Shown one piece after another: positions 1-8,921 of a stretch of 64,000 bases of DNA. The notes below the pieces were generated by a model. The model made no database searches. It was given only the letters and a program-made list of their open reading frames with translations, and was not told the origin of the DNA. Source of the DNA: a virus; the IMG/VR virus record IMGVR_UViG_3300013132_000031, positions 44,086 to 108,085 of that record; one strand, written 5' to 3'. Each line of letters starts with the position of its first letter. Position 1 is the stretch's first letter. The position numbers and the translations under genes are program-made.

Positions 1-2
1 CA

Positions 3-200
3 GGATACAAGAAAAAACCCGCATGTGATAGATGCGGGTTTCGAGCAAGACTTGCCAGTCAGTTGTTGGTGTATCACATTGACGGAGATCTCAACAATGT
101 TGCATTGAGAAATCTCAAAACAATCTGTAAAAATTGTGTAGAAGAAGTGTCACGCACAGAAGTTACTTGGCGGGCGGGTGATCTCGAACCAGACGCTTGA
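3..200 (+). CDS. HNH-like zinc-binding protein, 5'-truncated by window edge
   Basis: Manual translation GYKKKPACDRCGF...YHIDGDLNNVALRNLKTICKNC...PDA*: CxxC, HIDG..N.N and CxxC pattern. Not in ORF track. Confidence 0.75.
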   Translation, partial: GYKKKPACDRCGFRARLASQLLVYHIDGDLNNVALRNLKTICKNCVEEVSRTEVTWRAGDLEPDA

Positions 201-813
201 CCTGCTGGTACAAGTCATCTAATGTACCGTTGTTGTCCAGTACCACATCGAACTTAGTGCCCACCCAAGCAGTTTCTGACGCATGCACACCCAGTTGCTC
301 TAATTTTCTGCCGCTGAGAGCCCAGGTTGGATTGCCATCAGGGCCACGATTACGACTCACAGCCGCATCGTACCACTCGGGTTCGGGTCCGCGCACCACA
401 CGTACCACCCGGCCGCCAGCAGCACGAATGGCATGAATTTCGTTGGGAAATCTGCAATCGCTTATGACCACATCATCCCGGCTGTTGCGCAATTTGTTTT
501 CTAGGCTGGCAATCCAGATGTCATCGTGGAAGCCTTTGCGGCATACTTCGGTGCCCCACTGTTGCAGGATCCAACGCGGGGTCAAGTGTGGTATGTCCAG
601 TCGTTGGGCCCACCAGGGATCCACCTGCTCGCGCCACTCACGGGCCATCTTTGTACGGCCCTCCAGCATGGTTCTGTCCCAGCCAAACACCTGTGCCACA
701 GCGTCTTTGAGTGTGTTGGCAAAACTTTCTCGTCGAAAGTGATGTAGGTTCACTAGATAGTCTGCAATAGTATCTTTGCCTGAGCCAATAAATCCACAAA
801 CTCCAATGATCAT
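163..813 (-). CDS. Deoxynucleoside monophosphate kinase (T4 gp1-like)
   Basis: N-terminal P-loop GFIGSGKDT, PRWILQQWGTE, VISDCRFPNE, HASE motifs. Confidence 0.9.
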   Translation of the reverse strand: MIIGVCGFIGSGKDTIADYLVNLHHFRRESFANTLKDAVAQVFGWDRTMLEGRTKMAREWREQVDPWWAQRLDIPHLTPRWILQQWGTEVCRKGFHDDIWIASLENKLRNSRDDVVISDCRFPNEIHAIRAAGGRVVRVVRGPEPEWYDAAVSRNRGPDGNPTWALSGRKLEQLGVHASETAWVGTKFDVVLDNNGTLDDLYQQVKRLVRDHPPAK

Positions 814-1331
814 GCCAGTTCCTTGATATTTAAATGAATCAGGGTTGCTTGCAACATGTCAATTTGTCTGCGGCAGTCTTCCAACGCATGATGGCTGGTA
901 GGCGGTCGGGGCAACCCTGGATACAGCTTATATACCGTTCGTGCATCACAGATCTTATAATATTGCCATGGTAATGGTTTACCATAACTCTTGTAGGCAT
1001 GCTCTAGGATGTTGGCATCGTATGTGGGACCATTCATCCAGATGCGATTGCACTTCCAACATAATTTATGCAGTTCATCCAAGGCTTGATCCAGTGGGAT
1101 ACGACCCTGTTCATTGAACGCTTCGTCACGTGCGGCTGCAGGTTGTGTGGTCCACCAGTTGATGGTGCCTTGTTCAATAGTACGGTTTTCTTGGCTTTCA
1201 AAATCAACTCTGGCATAATACTTGTGCTCGTAGTAACCAGTGCCAAGGGGATCAAATGCCTGGGCCGCAATGGTTAGAATTGTGGTCTCAGGGCCTGTTG
1301 CCAAACCTTCAATGTCGATCATTAGGTCCAT
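810..1331 (-). CDS. DEDDh 3'-5' exonuclease (RNase AS/DUF5051-like)
   Basis: MIDIEGL, NGPTYD, DART, HHALEDC motifs. Confidence 0.85.
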   Translation of the reverse strand: MDLMIDIEGLATGPETTILTIAAQAFDPLGTGYYEHKYYARVDFESQENRTIEQGTINWWTTQPAAARDEAFNEQGRIPLDQALDELHKLCWKCNRIWMNGPTYDANILEHAYKSYGKPLPWQYYKICDARTVYKLYPGLPRPPTSHHALEDCRRQIDMLQATLIHLNIKELA

Positions 1332-1336
1332 GCTGT

Positions 1337-1345
1337 ATTATAGCA
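1337..1345 (-). promoter_or_regulatory. Extended -10 sigma70-type promoter (TGCTATAAT) 5 nt upstream of the exonuclease ATG
   Basis: Minus strand reads TGCTATAAT-ACAGC-ATG with no SD. Confidence 0.6.
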
Positions 1346-1371
1346 GGAATTTTGATAAAAGTGTGTGCAGT

Positions 1372-2142
1372 TTAGCCAATAACCCAGGTGATTGGTTGTG
1401 ACCCATCCACATAGTTTACCAATTGAACAACCAGCGCATCCATCTGGGCCTGTGCTTCGGTTTTCATTGCAGTGCCATTCAACGCACTGCCGCCCTGCGG
1501 TCCAGCAATGGTACCAAACTTTTCACGTGCTTCGCCAATGATCATTTTGCAGTTGGCCACCATGTAGTCTCGTAACCATTGTTTTATTTGGTGATCACTC
1601 AACAGGTTGAATTCAGGTTTCAAGTTGTAGGTCCACAGCAACACAGTTTCGCCGGAGCCTTTGGGATCACGAATCAGTTGCAATTTTTTGGTCACAGGAT
1701 TCCAGGTGTAGTTCATGTAGGCGCCAAACATGCGTCCGGCCAGCTCAATGTATTGACTGTAGAAATCATATGTGGCCAGGCCTCCTGCCACGTTGAAGTT
1801 CATGAGATACACATTGATACTTGCTTGTGCAAACGGGTCAAAGTTTGACGCAAACGGTCCCGAACTGTCGCCAAATGTTCTGCGGAATATTTGACGCACA
1901 CTCACAACTTCTTGAGGCAGTTCGTAGATGTTGACATCTTGTACCAACTGCATGAAACTGTAACTTTCCTCGTAGGCGTTGTTGGCTCGTTGGCGATAGG
2001 TGCCAATGGTTTTTTGATAGGCCGCTTCGTAGTGTGAGGGGTCTAGTTCTAGGTCAATGATATCCCCGCCCAACTGAAGTTTGACATACTCTATCAAGTT
2101 TTGTTTCAGTGTAGGCAGTGATTGCTGTTGCTGTTCTGGCAT
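1372..2142 (-). CDS. gp13: Neck protein (T4 gp13-like)
   Basis: LIEYVKLQLG..IIDLELD, IIGEAREKF, GG.ALNG motifs; late promoter TAAATA at 2161-2166. Confidence 0.8.
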   Translation of the reverse strand: MPEQQQQSLPTLKQNLIEYVKLQLGGDIIDLELDPSHYEAAYQKTIGTYRQRANNAYEESYSFMQLVQDVNIYELPQEVVSVRQIFRRTFGDSSGPFASNFDPFAQASINVYLMNFNVAGGLATYDFYSQYIELAGRMFGAYMNYTWNPVTKKLQLIRDPKGSGETVLLWTYNLKPEFNLLSDHQIKQWLRDYMVANCKMIIGEAREKFGTIAGPQGGSALNGTAMKTEAQAQMDALVVQLVNYVDGSQPITWVIG

Positions 2143-2163
2143 CTGGAACTCCGGTTCCTGTAT

Positions 2164-3234
2164 TTATTGAAGTTTTGCTATCGTGTTGGGCAACCATTGG
2201 GCAAAATCCACGGGCCACTGGCGTTGCATTTGTGCCAACAGTTGTTGATTGTGTGTGGCCGCTGCGTGACATCTCACAGCCAATTTGATTTGATCAGAAT
2301 TTTTTATGTTGTGATAATTTTGTATGTTGAGTCTGACAAATTCTGTGATTTTTCCATGCCCGTACATGGTGTTACTTTGTGTCAAACGGTCATAACTGTG
2401 ATCTACCACATCATCCAACACATCAAACCCCAGTGTTTTCAAATACTCCACAGCGTGTTTTGCTGAAAACACAGCCCAAGGTGCTGGCGTTACCAGTGCT
2501 CTAAATATCTTTTCGCTGAATGCTACAGTGGCGTCTCCAGCATAGGTTTCAATTACCAAATTGAGGCACGCACCAACCTGCGTTTGCTCAACTGTTAGTG
2601 CATGGTTTCTAATGGGTATGTGGGGTCGGGTTTGATCAAACCACTCGGCATATTCGGTGTTGTGCAATTGATTCAACTGTGTCCAACAATGTGCAAAACT
2701 GTGTTGAGCATGTTCAGCAGTGTGCTCATTGCCCTGTGCTCGTGCATTGAAATTCACATGATCCAATTGTTGCACTTGATCAATCCCGCCCGACTGTTTT
2801 GTCAATTCTAATAGAATCAACTGTCGCTGACTGTCTAGCCTGTTGACTGAAAAATTAAATCGCCGACTTGGTGTCCAATTTTGATCTGCTGGCACATAAC
2901 TAAACACTCCAAAGTAACTTGATGGCAACTTTAGAATCTCATAATTGGTAGCAAAGGGCATGTGGTTGTCAGTGACGATTGTGGTGTCAGTATCAAACCA
3001 CTGATCAGGTGGCAGGCTCCAATCATCTCGGTTGACTCCAAAGTCATCGGCCAAACACACAATGACCTTGCGACTACCGCGCCCCCATGCTCTGGCACTG
3101 CCGGGTATTTTTCGATAGCCCATGTTCATCAACACACTTGAAAACAAATGAACCATTGCATGCTCATGATACATGCAGTGACTTTGCTGAAATATTTCTC
3201 CAAGATCAATTCGATAAAACTCTTGGTCAAACAT
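2164..3234 (-). CDS. Glycosyltransferase-like protein (GT10/fucosyltransferase-like C-terminus)
   Basis: NLVIETY...FSEKIFRAL..P.P...LKTLGFDVLDDVVDHSYD; paralogous to 25438..26295. Confidence 0.5.
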   Translation of the reverse strand: MFDQEFYRIDLGEIFQQSHCMYHEHAMVHLFSSVLMNMGYRKIPGSARAWGRGSRKVIVCLADDFGVNRDDWSLPPDQWFDTDTTIVTDNHMPFATNYEILKLPSSYFGVFSYVPADQNWTPSRRFNFSVNRLDSQRQLILLELTKQSGGIDQVQQLDHVNFNARAQGNEHTAEHAQHSFAHCWTQLNQLHNTEYAEWFDQTRPHIPIRNHALTVEQTQVGACLNLVIETYAGDATVAFSEKIFRALVTPAPWAVFSAKHAVEYLKTLGFDVLDDVVDHSYDRLTQSNTMYGHGKITEFVRLNIQNYHNIKNSDQIKLAVRCHAAATHNQQLLAQMQRQWPVDFAQWLPNTIAKLQ

Positions 3235-4126
3235 TGCTGGTTCCTTTGATCACTGGAAATATTTTTTGAAATGTGTACTGCTCAGGACAAAATTTACACT
3301 GTGCAATGGGATTATCCAATTGAGCAAAAAATTCTTGTTGATAAGTTTCAAAATTGTCCACGCTCAGTGGCTGATACGAATTTAACAATGCTCGGTCTGC
3401 AGCAGATATATCCAATGTGTGTTGTTGATCAAACTCGGGCATCAGTGCCACTGGCGCACACTTGTACAACTGGCCGCGTATGAAATGATAACTTTTGAAT
3501 GTGGCAAATCCACAATTTTGATGTGCAAAAAATGGATCGCTGTTGTGCAATTTGAACACTGGTTGGGTGCTGTTTTGCCAAGAATGAGTGATGGCGGCCG
3601 AATGAAACGTATCAACGTTCATCACCGTTACCACTATGCCATTGCGGTCAACAAACAAATAATCACTACTCCAAAAATTTTTTGGATGTCCTTTTGGATA
3701 TATTTGCACTGGTCCTTTAAGGAACCATAGTATGTCTTCTTTTAATTTTTCAAACTGATCAGGGTTGTGCAAACTCACACCAATGTAATTGTGCGGACGA
3801 GTCTGATGTGGAAAAAACAAAGCATCATAAAGATCAGGATTGTGTCTAAATCTAGTACCATTAGTGAGTATTTGTACTTCAATTCCAAATATGCGATTAA
3901 TGCCACGCACCCAGTCTATCAGGGTGGGGTTCAAAAAAGGTTCCCCGCCCATGATAGTGACTGCTGTGAGATTAACTAACTTACCCCACTGCTGGTATTG
4001 ATCTTCATAGTCGCCCCAACGCTGCCAACCTTTAAAATTGAAATTGTTAAATCTATTGCAGTGCTGGCAGGTTAAATTGCATACGTTGGTAATGTATACG
4101 TCTACTTTGTTGGGGATTACATGCAT
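3227..4126 (-). CDS. Radical SAM protein
   Basis: CNLTCQHC (CxxxCxxC), MGGEPFL, TNG, C-terminal auxiliary Cys (YKC, CKFC). Confidence 0.9.
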   Translation of the reverse strand: MHVIPNKVDVYITNVCNLTCQHCNRFNNFNFKGWQRWGDYEDQYQQWGKLVNLTAVTIMGGEPFLNPTLIDWVRGINRIFGIEVQILTNGTRFRHNPDLYDALFFPHQTRPHNYIGVSLHNPDQFEKLKEDILWFLKGPVQIYPKGHPKNFWSSDYLFVDRNGIVVTVMNVDTFHSAAITHSWQNSTQPVFKLHNSDPFFAHQNCGFATFKSYHFIRGQLYKCAPVALMPEFDQQHTLDISAADRALLNSYQPLSVDNFETYQQEFFAQLDNPIAQCKFCPEQYTFQKIFPVIKGTSNV

Positions 4127-4133
4127 CCACTAC

Positions 4134-5270
4134 TTACCAGGCTTTTAGCACCACCAAGTTCTCTGTACCACGCCCGTTGAATGGAGTCTCAGTTGTGGTA
4201 AGGTCTTTGTAGATCTTACGTGCGGCTGGCTTGCCTGCGGCTTGCACTGCTTTCACAACATCTGCTGGCTTGCGCACAGTTTTTTGCATGGTCTCAATGG
4301 TACTGAAACCAATGATGCTGTTTGACTTCACAGTAAACGCCTGTGTGTGACTGTCGGCCACAATGTGGATCAACTTGCGCTTCTTGGTATCGTACAACCA
4401 TGCTTCGGCTTTGTCCACAAGACTTGCGGCTGGCAAGCCTCGGAGTTTGAGTTCGGCAAATTCCATCATGACTTTGAATTTTGCGGCACGTTTTTCAGGT
4501 GGCACTGACCGGACCTTGCGTGGCTTGCGTTCCACTTTCTTGATTTGTACGTATGCACCGCAGTCATTGATCACTGCTTCGCAAAACTTCACAATGTTGC
4601 GCATTTGAATCTTTGAAAAATTGCTGTAGCCTTCCGCGAGTTGTGCGTCTTTGCCTTCCATAGCAGTTTCAAATTCTGCCAGTTTGGCCTTCCACAAGTT
4701 GGCAATGTCCGAAATCATTTGCGGTGCTACATTTAGCCCACGGATCACTGTGATAGGTTTGTAGTCTGCTGACATCTTGACACCTGCAACCACAAACTCA
4801 TCAAACATGCCATCCAGTTCTCCAGCACATTCTGATACCTTTTCACGCAGGCGATCCTGAATGTTGGGCTTGGTCACTGGGGGTGCGGCGTCTACTACTA
4901 CCACTTCGGGTTCACGTGCTCGTAAAATTTCTTGAATGTAGCCTTCTAATCGAACTGTCTCAGTGTCTGTGAGTTCCAGGCCTACCATACTCATACGGCA
5001 AAGCCATGCAGTGGTCAAACGAACTGCCGAGTCAGGCACGCCTTTCAATGCACGAACATCTGCTCGGCGTCCGTTGTGCTCTAAGTAAGCCACCAACATC
5101 TCACGTGCGTCTTTTTTGCCGTAGAAGTAATTGTACCATGAAAAGGCAGCACTGAGCTGGCTGGTGCGATCATCTGTGGGTTGCACACGCCATGTTGGTT
5201 CCAGTCCTGTGTATTTGGTATCGGGACTGCGAGGGTTCAGTGGCTTGACAACGGCTCGTGTTGCGTTCAT
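4134..5270 (-). CDS. Hypothetical phage protein, probably early
   Basis: 378-aa ORF with SD AAGGAG and a sigma70 promoter upstream. Confidence 0.8.
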   Translation of the reverse strand: MNATRAVVKPLNPRSPDTKYTGLEPTWRVQPTDDRTSQLSAAFSWYNYFYGKKDAREMLVAYLEHNGRRADVRALKGVPDSAVRLTTAWLCRMSMVGLELTDTETVRLEGYIQEILRAREPEVVVVDAAPPVTKPNIQDRLREKVSECAGELDGMFDEFVVAGVKMSADYKPITVIRGLNVAPQMISDIANLWKAKLAEFETAMEGKDAQLAEGYSNFSKIQMRNIVKFCEAVINDCGAYVQIKKVERKPRKVRSVPPEKRAAKFKVMMEFAELKLRGLPAASLVDKAEAWLYDTKKRKLIHIVADSHTQAFTVKSNSIIGFSTIETMQKTVRKPADVVKAVQAAGKPAARKIYKDLTTTETPFNGRGTENLVVLKAW

Positions 5271-5293
5271 CGGGGCTCCTTAAATTATATGTA

Positions 5294-5329
5294 ATTATAG
5301 CAGAATGGCCATTGTTGGTCAACCCATTC
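5294..5329 (-). promoter_or_regulatory. Early sigma70-type promoter
   Basis: GAATGGG-TTGACC-17 nt-TATAAT with TG extension. Confidence 0.85.
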
Positions 5330-5615
5330 TTTTTGGCAAATCTTTGACTAGATCGAACAAATACGAAGCTCGATTGATATTGAAGTTTTTGTGTCGATAC
5401 ATGTATGCTTTTTTGCGCTCGGCTATCTCTAGTGCGTCCATGAGTTGACATTTCAATTTGAAATCTCGTGTGCTCATCATCTCTGATTGCATGTCTTTCA
5501 CATCTAGTGCATACTCCACCCATTTTTCGGTGGCTTTTACTTTGTCATATGGCACTATTGCTTTGCTGCCATTTGAGGTAGCATATTTGCTTACAAAATT
5601 GTGTGCTTTCATCAC
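5319..5615 (-). CDS. Hypothetical small early protein
   Basis: 98-aa ORF, SD AAGGAG, own sigma70 promoter. Confidence 0.75.
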   Translation of the reverse strand: MMKAHNFVSKYATSNGSKAIVPYDKVKATEKWVEYALDVKDMQSEMMSTRDFKLKCQLMDALEIAERKKAYMYRHKNFNINRASYLFDLVKDLPKRMG

Positions 5616-5638
5616 TCACTCCTTTGTTGTCAAGCTGT

Positions 5639-5674
5639 ATTATAGCAGTTTAGGAATATTTGGTCAACCCATTC
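5639..5674 (-). promoter_or_regulatory. Early sigma70-type promoter (second copy)
   Basis: GAATGGG-TTGACC-17 nt-TATAAT; conserved blocks identical to 5294..5329. Confidence 0.85.
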
Positions 5675-5693
5675 AATGGTAAACCCAAAGTAC

Positions 5694-5701
5694 TATAAAT
5701 A
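5694..5701 (+). promoter_or_regulatory. T4-type late promoter TATAAATA
   Basis: Exact T4 late consensus 4 nt before ATG 5706; gp55 encoded in the window. Confidence 0.8.
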
Positions 5702-5705
5702 TAGC

Positions 5706-7046
5706 ATGCCACGCTTATCCCTATACCGTCCAAATCGCACTAAAGATTATCAATTTTTTGACCGCACCATTCGTGAAATGTACACTGTTGGCGGGGTCGA
5801 CATGTATGTTCACAAATATATGGGTCCACAAGCAGGCGGTGCAGACTCTACTCTAAGCGGCAATTTTGACGCCACACAGCCTGTGTACGAAGATCAAAGT
5901 GAGTTGAACATTCAAGACTTGCTGTTGTTGGAAAACCGTGATCGGATCTACTCCACAGACATATATACCATGCGTGGTGTGTTCAATCATCAAGACATTG
6001 ATTTTGATTTGACACAATTTGGATTGTTTTTGAACAACGACACCCTGTTTATTACGTTTCACTACAACACCATGATTGACGAATTTGGGCGCAAGCTCAT
6101 GAACGGTGATGTGTTGGAACTGCCCAATTTGAAAGACTATCATCCGCTGAACAGTGACATACCCCTGGCTATTCCTAGATACTATGTGATACAAGATGCT
6201 GACTTTGCAGCTGAAGGATTTAGTCGCACCTGGTTGCCGCACTTGTGGCGTGTAAAAGCAACACCGTTGCAAAACCAACAAGAATACAATGACATACTCA
6301 AACGCCCATTCATGCCCGAAAACATCTGGGACAACGGCAATTACTATCCCACTGGCACAGTGGTCAATTACGGTGATGTGTACTACACTGCTCAAAAAAA
6401 TGTCGCAGCAGGCACTGACATCACAGACACCACGGCTTGGCTACCAGTGACCAATCCGCCCAGCATCAGTGATGTGATCAGTACCAGAAGCAAAGATTAC
6501 CAGATCAACGATGACATTTTGATTCAAGCCGAGGTGGAGACTCCTGCATCTGGATACGACAGTAGCAAATTTTACATTGTGCCCACACAAAACGGCGAGC
6601 CAGCCAACCCCAGTGGCATCACTGCCGATGGCACTACCACAGTGGATGGCACACAAGGTGGCATGGATGTTACGCCAAAAGGCCAAGGCTATGCCGCAGG
6701 TTACATGACTGGTGGTGCAGTGGCACCCAATGGCCTGCCTGTGACACCAGCTGTGTCATTCCCGCCCAGTGCTGTGGCTGGCGATTATGTGTTGCGCTTG
6801 GACTACAAGCCCAATAGACTGTTTCGTTATGATGGCAAACGTTGGGTCAAGATTGAACAGAAAGTCAGAACTTCTCTTGACAACGGGCCACAAAATCAAA
6901 GCCTGCGCAGCACTTTTGTAAATAACACAGCCACGGTGAATACCAAAGATCTAGGCAACATTCCAAGTAGACAAAGCCTTAGTGAAGCATTGAAACCCAG
7001 AGCCGACAATGGCGATCAGGGTGGCTTCTTACCGCCTGGCACCTAA
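5706..7046 (+). CDS. gp14: Neck/head-completion protein (T4 gp14-like) with C-terminal extension
   Basis: MPRLSLYRP start chosen after the late promoter; DFDLTQFGLF, GDVLELP motifs; followed by gp15-like gene. Confidence 0.65.
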   Translation: MPRLSLYRPNRTKDYQFFDRTIREMYTVGGVDMYVHKYMGPQAGGADSTLSGNFDATQPVYEDQSELNIQDLLLLENRDRIYSTDIYTMRGVFNHQDIDFDLTQFGLFLNNDTLFITFHYNTMIDEFGRKLMNGDVLELPNLKDYHPLNSDIPLAIPRYYVIQDADFAAEGFSRTWLPHLWRVKATPLQNQQEYNDILKRPFMPENIWDNGNYYPTGTVVNYGDVYYTAQKNVAAGTDITDTTAWLPVTNPPSISDVISTRSKDYQINDDILIQAEVETPASGYDSSKFYIVPTQNGEPANPSGITADGTTTVDGTQGGMDVTPKGQGYAAGYMTGGAVAPNGLPVTPAVSFPPSAVAGDYVLRLDYKPNRLFRYDGKRWVKIEQKVRTSLDNGPQNQSLRSTFVNNTATVNTKDLGNIPSRQSLSEALKPRADNGDQGGFLPPGT

Positions 7047-7095
7047 CGAAAGACCATAGACTGTAAACGAGTGTATATGGACTAGGAGAATTAAA

Positions 7096-8493
7096 ATTAA
7101 TCAATATTTTTATGACGCTCAAATACGCAGATTCCTGTTGCAGTTCACTAGAATTTTTTCAGGGTTTCAAGTGGAATATGGCAACGAAACCGACGGTGTG
7201 AACGCTGCTGCCTTGTTGCGTGTGCCTGTGCGCTATGGTGATGCCAGTCGCAATGCTCAAACAATCATACAAGAAAACAGTCGCAATGCTTTGCCGTCAA
7301 CTCCCTTAATGACTTTTTACATCACTGGATTGGACTATGAGCAAACACGTTTGCAAGATCCAACTTTTGTCAGCAGAATCAATGTTCGGCAACGCACCTA
7401 TGACTCGGCCACAGAAAGCTATGAAACCACTCAAGGCAATGCATTCACAGTTGAGCGACTCATGCCTGTGCCATACAAGCTCACTATCAACTTGGATATT
7501 TGGACATCTAACACCAGTCAAAAACTTCAATTGCTGGAACAGGTACTGACCATGTTCAATCCCAGTTTGGAAATACAAAGCACAGACAACTACATTGACT
7601 GGACCAGTTTGAGTGTGGTATTTTTGGAACAGGTCACTTGGAGTTCAAGAACCATTCCTGTGGGCACTGACAATCCCATTGACATAGCCACTTTGAGATT
7701 TAGCTTGCCAATTTACATCTCACCACCAGCCAAGGTACTGAAACTGGGTGTGATTGAACGAGTGATAGCGTCAATCTATGACGCACAAGGCGACCTAAAT
7801 GATGCTGTGCAAAATAATGATTTGTTGTTGGGCACCAGACAAGTTATCACTCCTTACAACTATGCCACTGTGTTGATTGGCAACAAGATTCAAGTTTTGC
7901 AGGCCAGAGACCTGGCACAAGAACCTGACAATGACCTGCTCACCCCTGCAGGCATTGTGTCTGACAGTAATTTGATGTGGCCTTCAGTGATCGATTTGTA
8001 TGGATCCTTACGACCAGGTGTGAGTCAAATCAGACTGATCCAAGCAGACGAATCTGAAATTGTGGGCACTGTGGTACTGGATCCCAATGACGATAGATTT
8101 TTATTGTACAGTGTGGACATTGATACTACCCCACAGAACACCCTGGAACCTGTGGATGCTGTGATCAATCCCCTGACTTCAGGTCCAAGACCCGAAGACA
8201 GTGTGCTAGCCGGTGTGCGGTACCTGCTGACCGAAGACACTGGCGAAGGCGTCAATCAAGATCCAGCACAGGCCTGGGTAGGCGAAAACGGTCGGCCTCT
8301 TGTGGCCCATGCCAATGACATCATTGAATATCGCAACGGTGCCTGGCGAGTGGTTTTCATGGCCAGCACTGCCAACGAAATTCAGTATGTCACAAACATA
8401 ACCACAAGTCTGCAGTATGAATGGACTGGTGACAGTTGGGTCAAAAGTTATCAAGGTGTGTATCCAGGAGGCACCTGGAGGCTGGTACTGTGA
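7096..8493 (+). CDS. gp15: Tail terminator/sheath stabiliser (T4 gp15-like); probable ATT start
   Basis: YFYDAQIRRFLLQF N-terminus, VPVRYG, MPVPY, QLLEQVL.MFNP motifs; SD AGGAG at 7084-7088. Confidence 0.8.
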   Translation: MNQYFYDAQIRRFLLQFTRIFSGFQVEYGNETDGVNAAALLRVPVRYGDASRNAQTIIQENSRNALPSTPLMTFYITGLDYEQTRLQDPTFVSRINVRQRTYDSATESYETTQGNAFTVERLMPVPYKLTINLDIWTSNTSQKLQLLEQVLTMFNPSLEIQSTDNYIDWTSLSVVFLEQVTWSSRTIPVGTDNPIDIATLRFSLPIYISPPAKVLKLGVIERVIASIYDAQGDLNDAVQNNDLLLGTRQVITPYNYATVLIGNKIQVLQARDLAQEPDNDLLTPAGIVSDSNLMWPSVIDLYGSLRPGVSQIRLIQADESEIVGTVVLDPNDDRFLLYSVDIDTTPQNTLEPVDAVINPLTSGPRPEDSVLAGVRYLLTEDTGEGVNQDPAQAWVGENGRPLVAHANDIIEYRNGAWRVVFMASTANEIQYVTNITTSLQYEWTGDSWVKSYQGVYPGGTWRLVL

Positions 8494-8921
8494 AGGCCGT
8501 GGGTGTTTGGTTCCGCAGTGTGGTCACTGGACGTTATCTCTATCTCCTACGCAATGACGCAAAAAATCCCAGTACCTGGGGCTTGCCTGGCGGCAAAGTA
8601 GAATCAGGCGAAACACTACTTGGTGCCATGGAACGTGAATGTATTGAAGAACTGGGTCACATGCCTGAATATCAACGCCTGGTTCCCTTGGAAAAGTTCA
8701 CATCAGCTGACGGTGTGTTTGAATATCATACCTGGATATGTGTTGTATCTCAGGAATTTGTGCCCACACTCAATCACGAACACCTGGGCTGGGCTTGGAT
8801 TGATCGAGGCACCTGGCCTCGACCCATGCATCCAGGTCTGTGGAACACAGTGAATTTAACCACTGTGCAAGACAAGATACACACTGTAGAGCAGTATCTT
8901 GCTGCAGATTCTCAAGCCTGA
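8490..8921 (+). CDS. Nudix hydrolase
   Basis: Nudix box GGKVESGETLLGAMERECIEELG; GTG start overlaps the gp15 stop. Confidence 0.9.
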   Translation: MKAVGVWFRSVVTGRYLYLLRNDAKNPSTWGLPGGKVESGETLLGAMERECIEELGHMPEYQRLVPLEKFTSADGVFEYHTWICVVSQEFVPTLNHEHLGWAWIDRGTWPRPMHPGLWNTVNLTTVQDKIHTVEQYLAADSQA

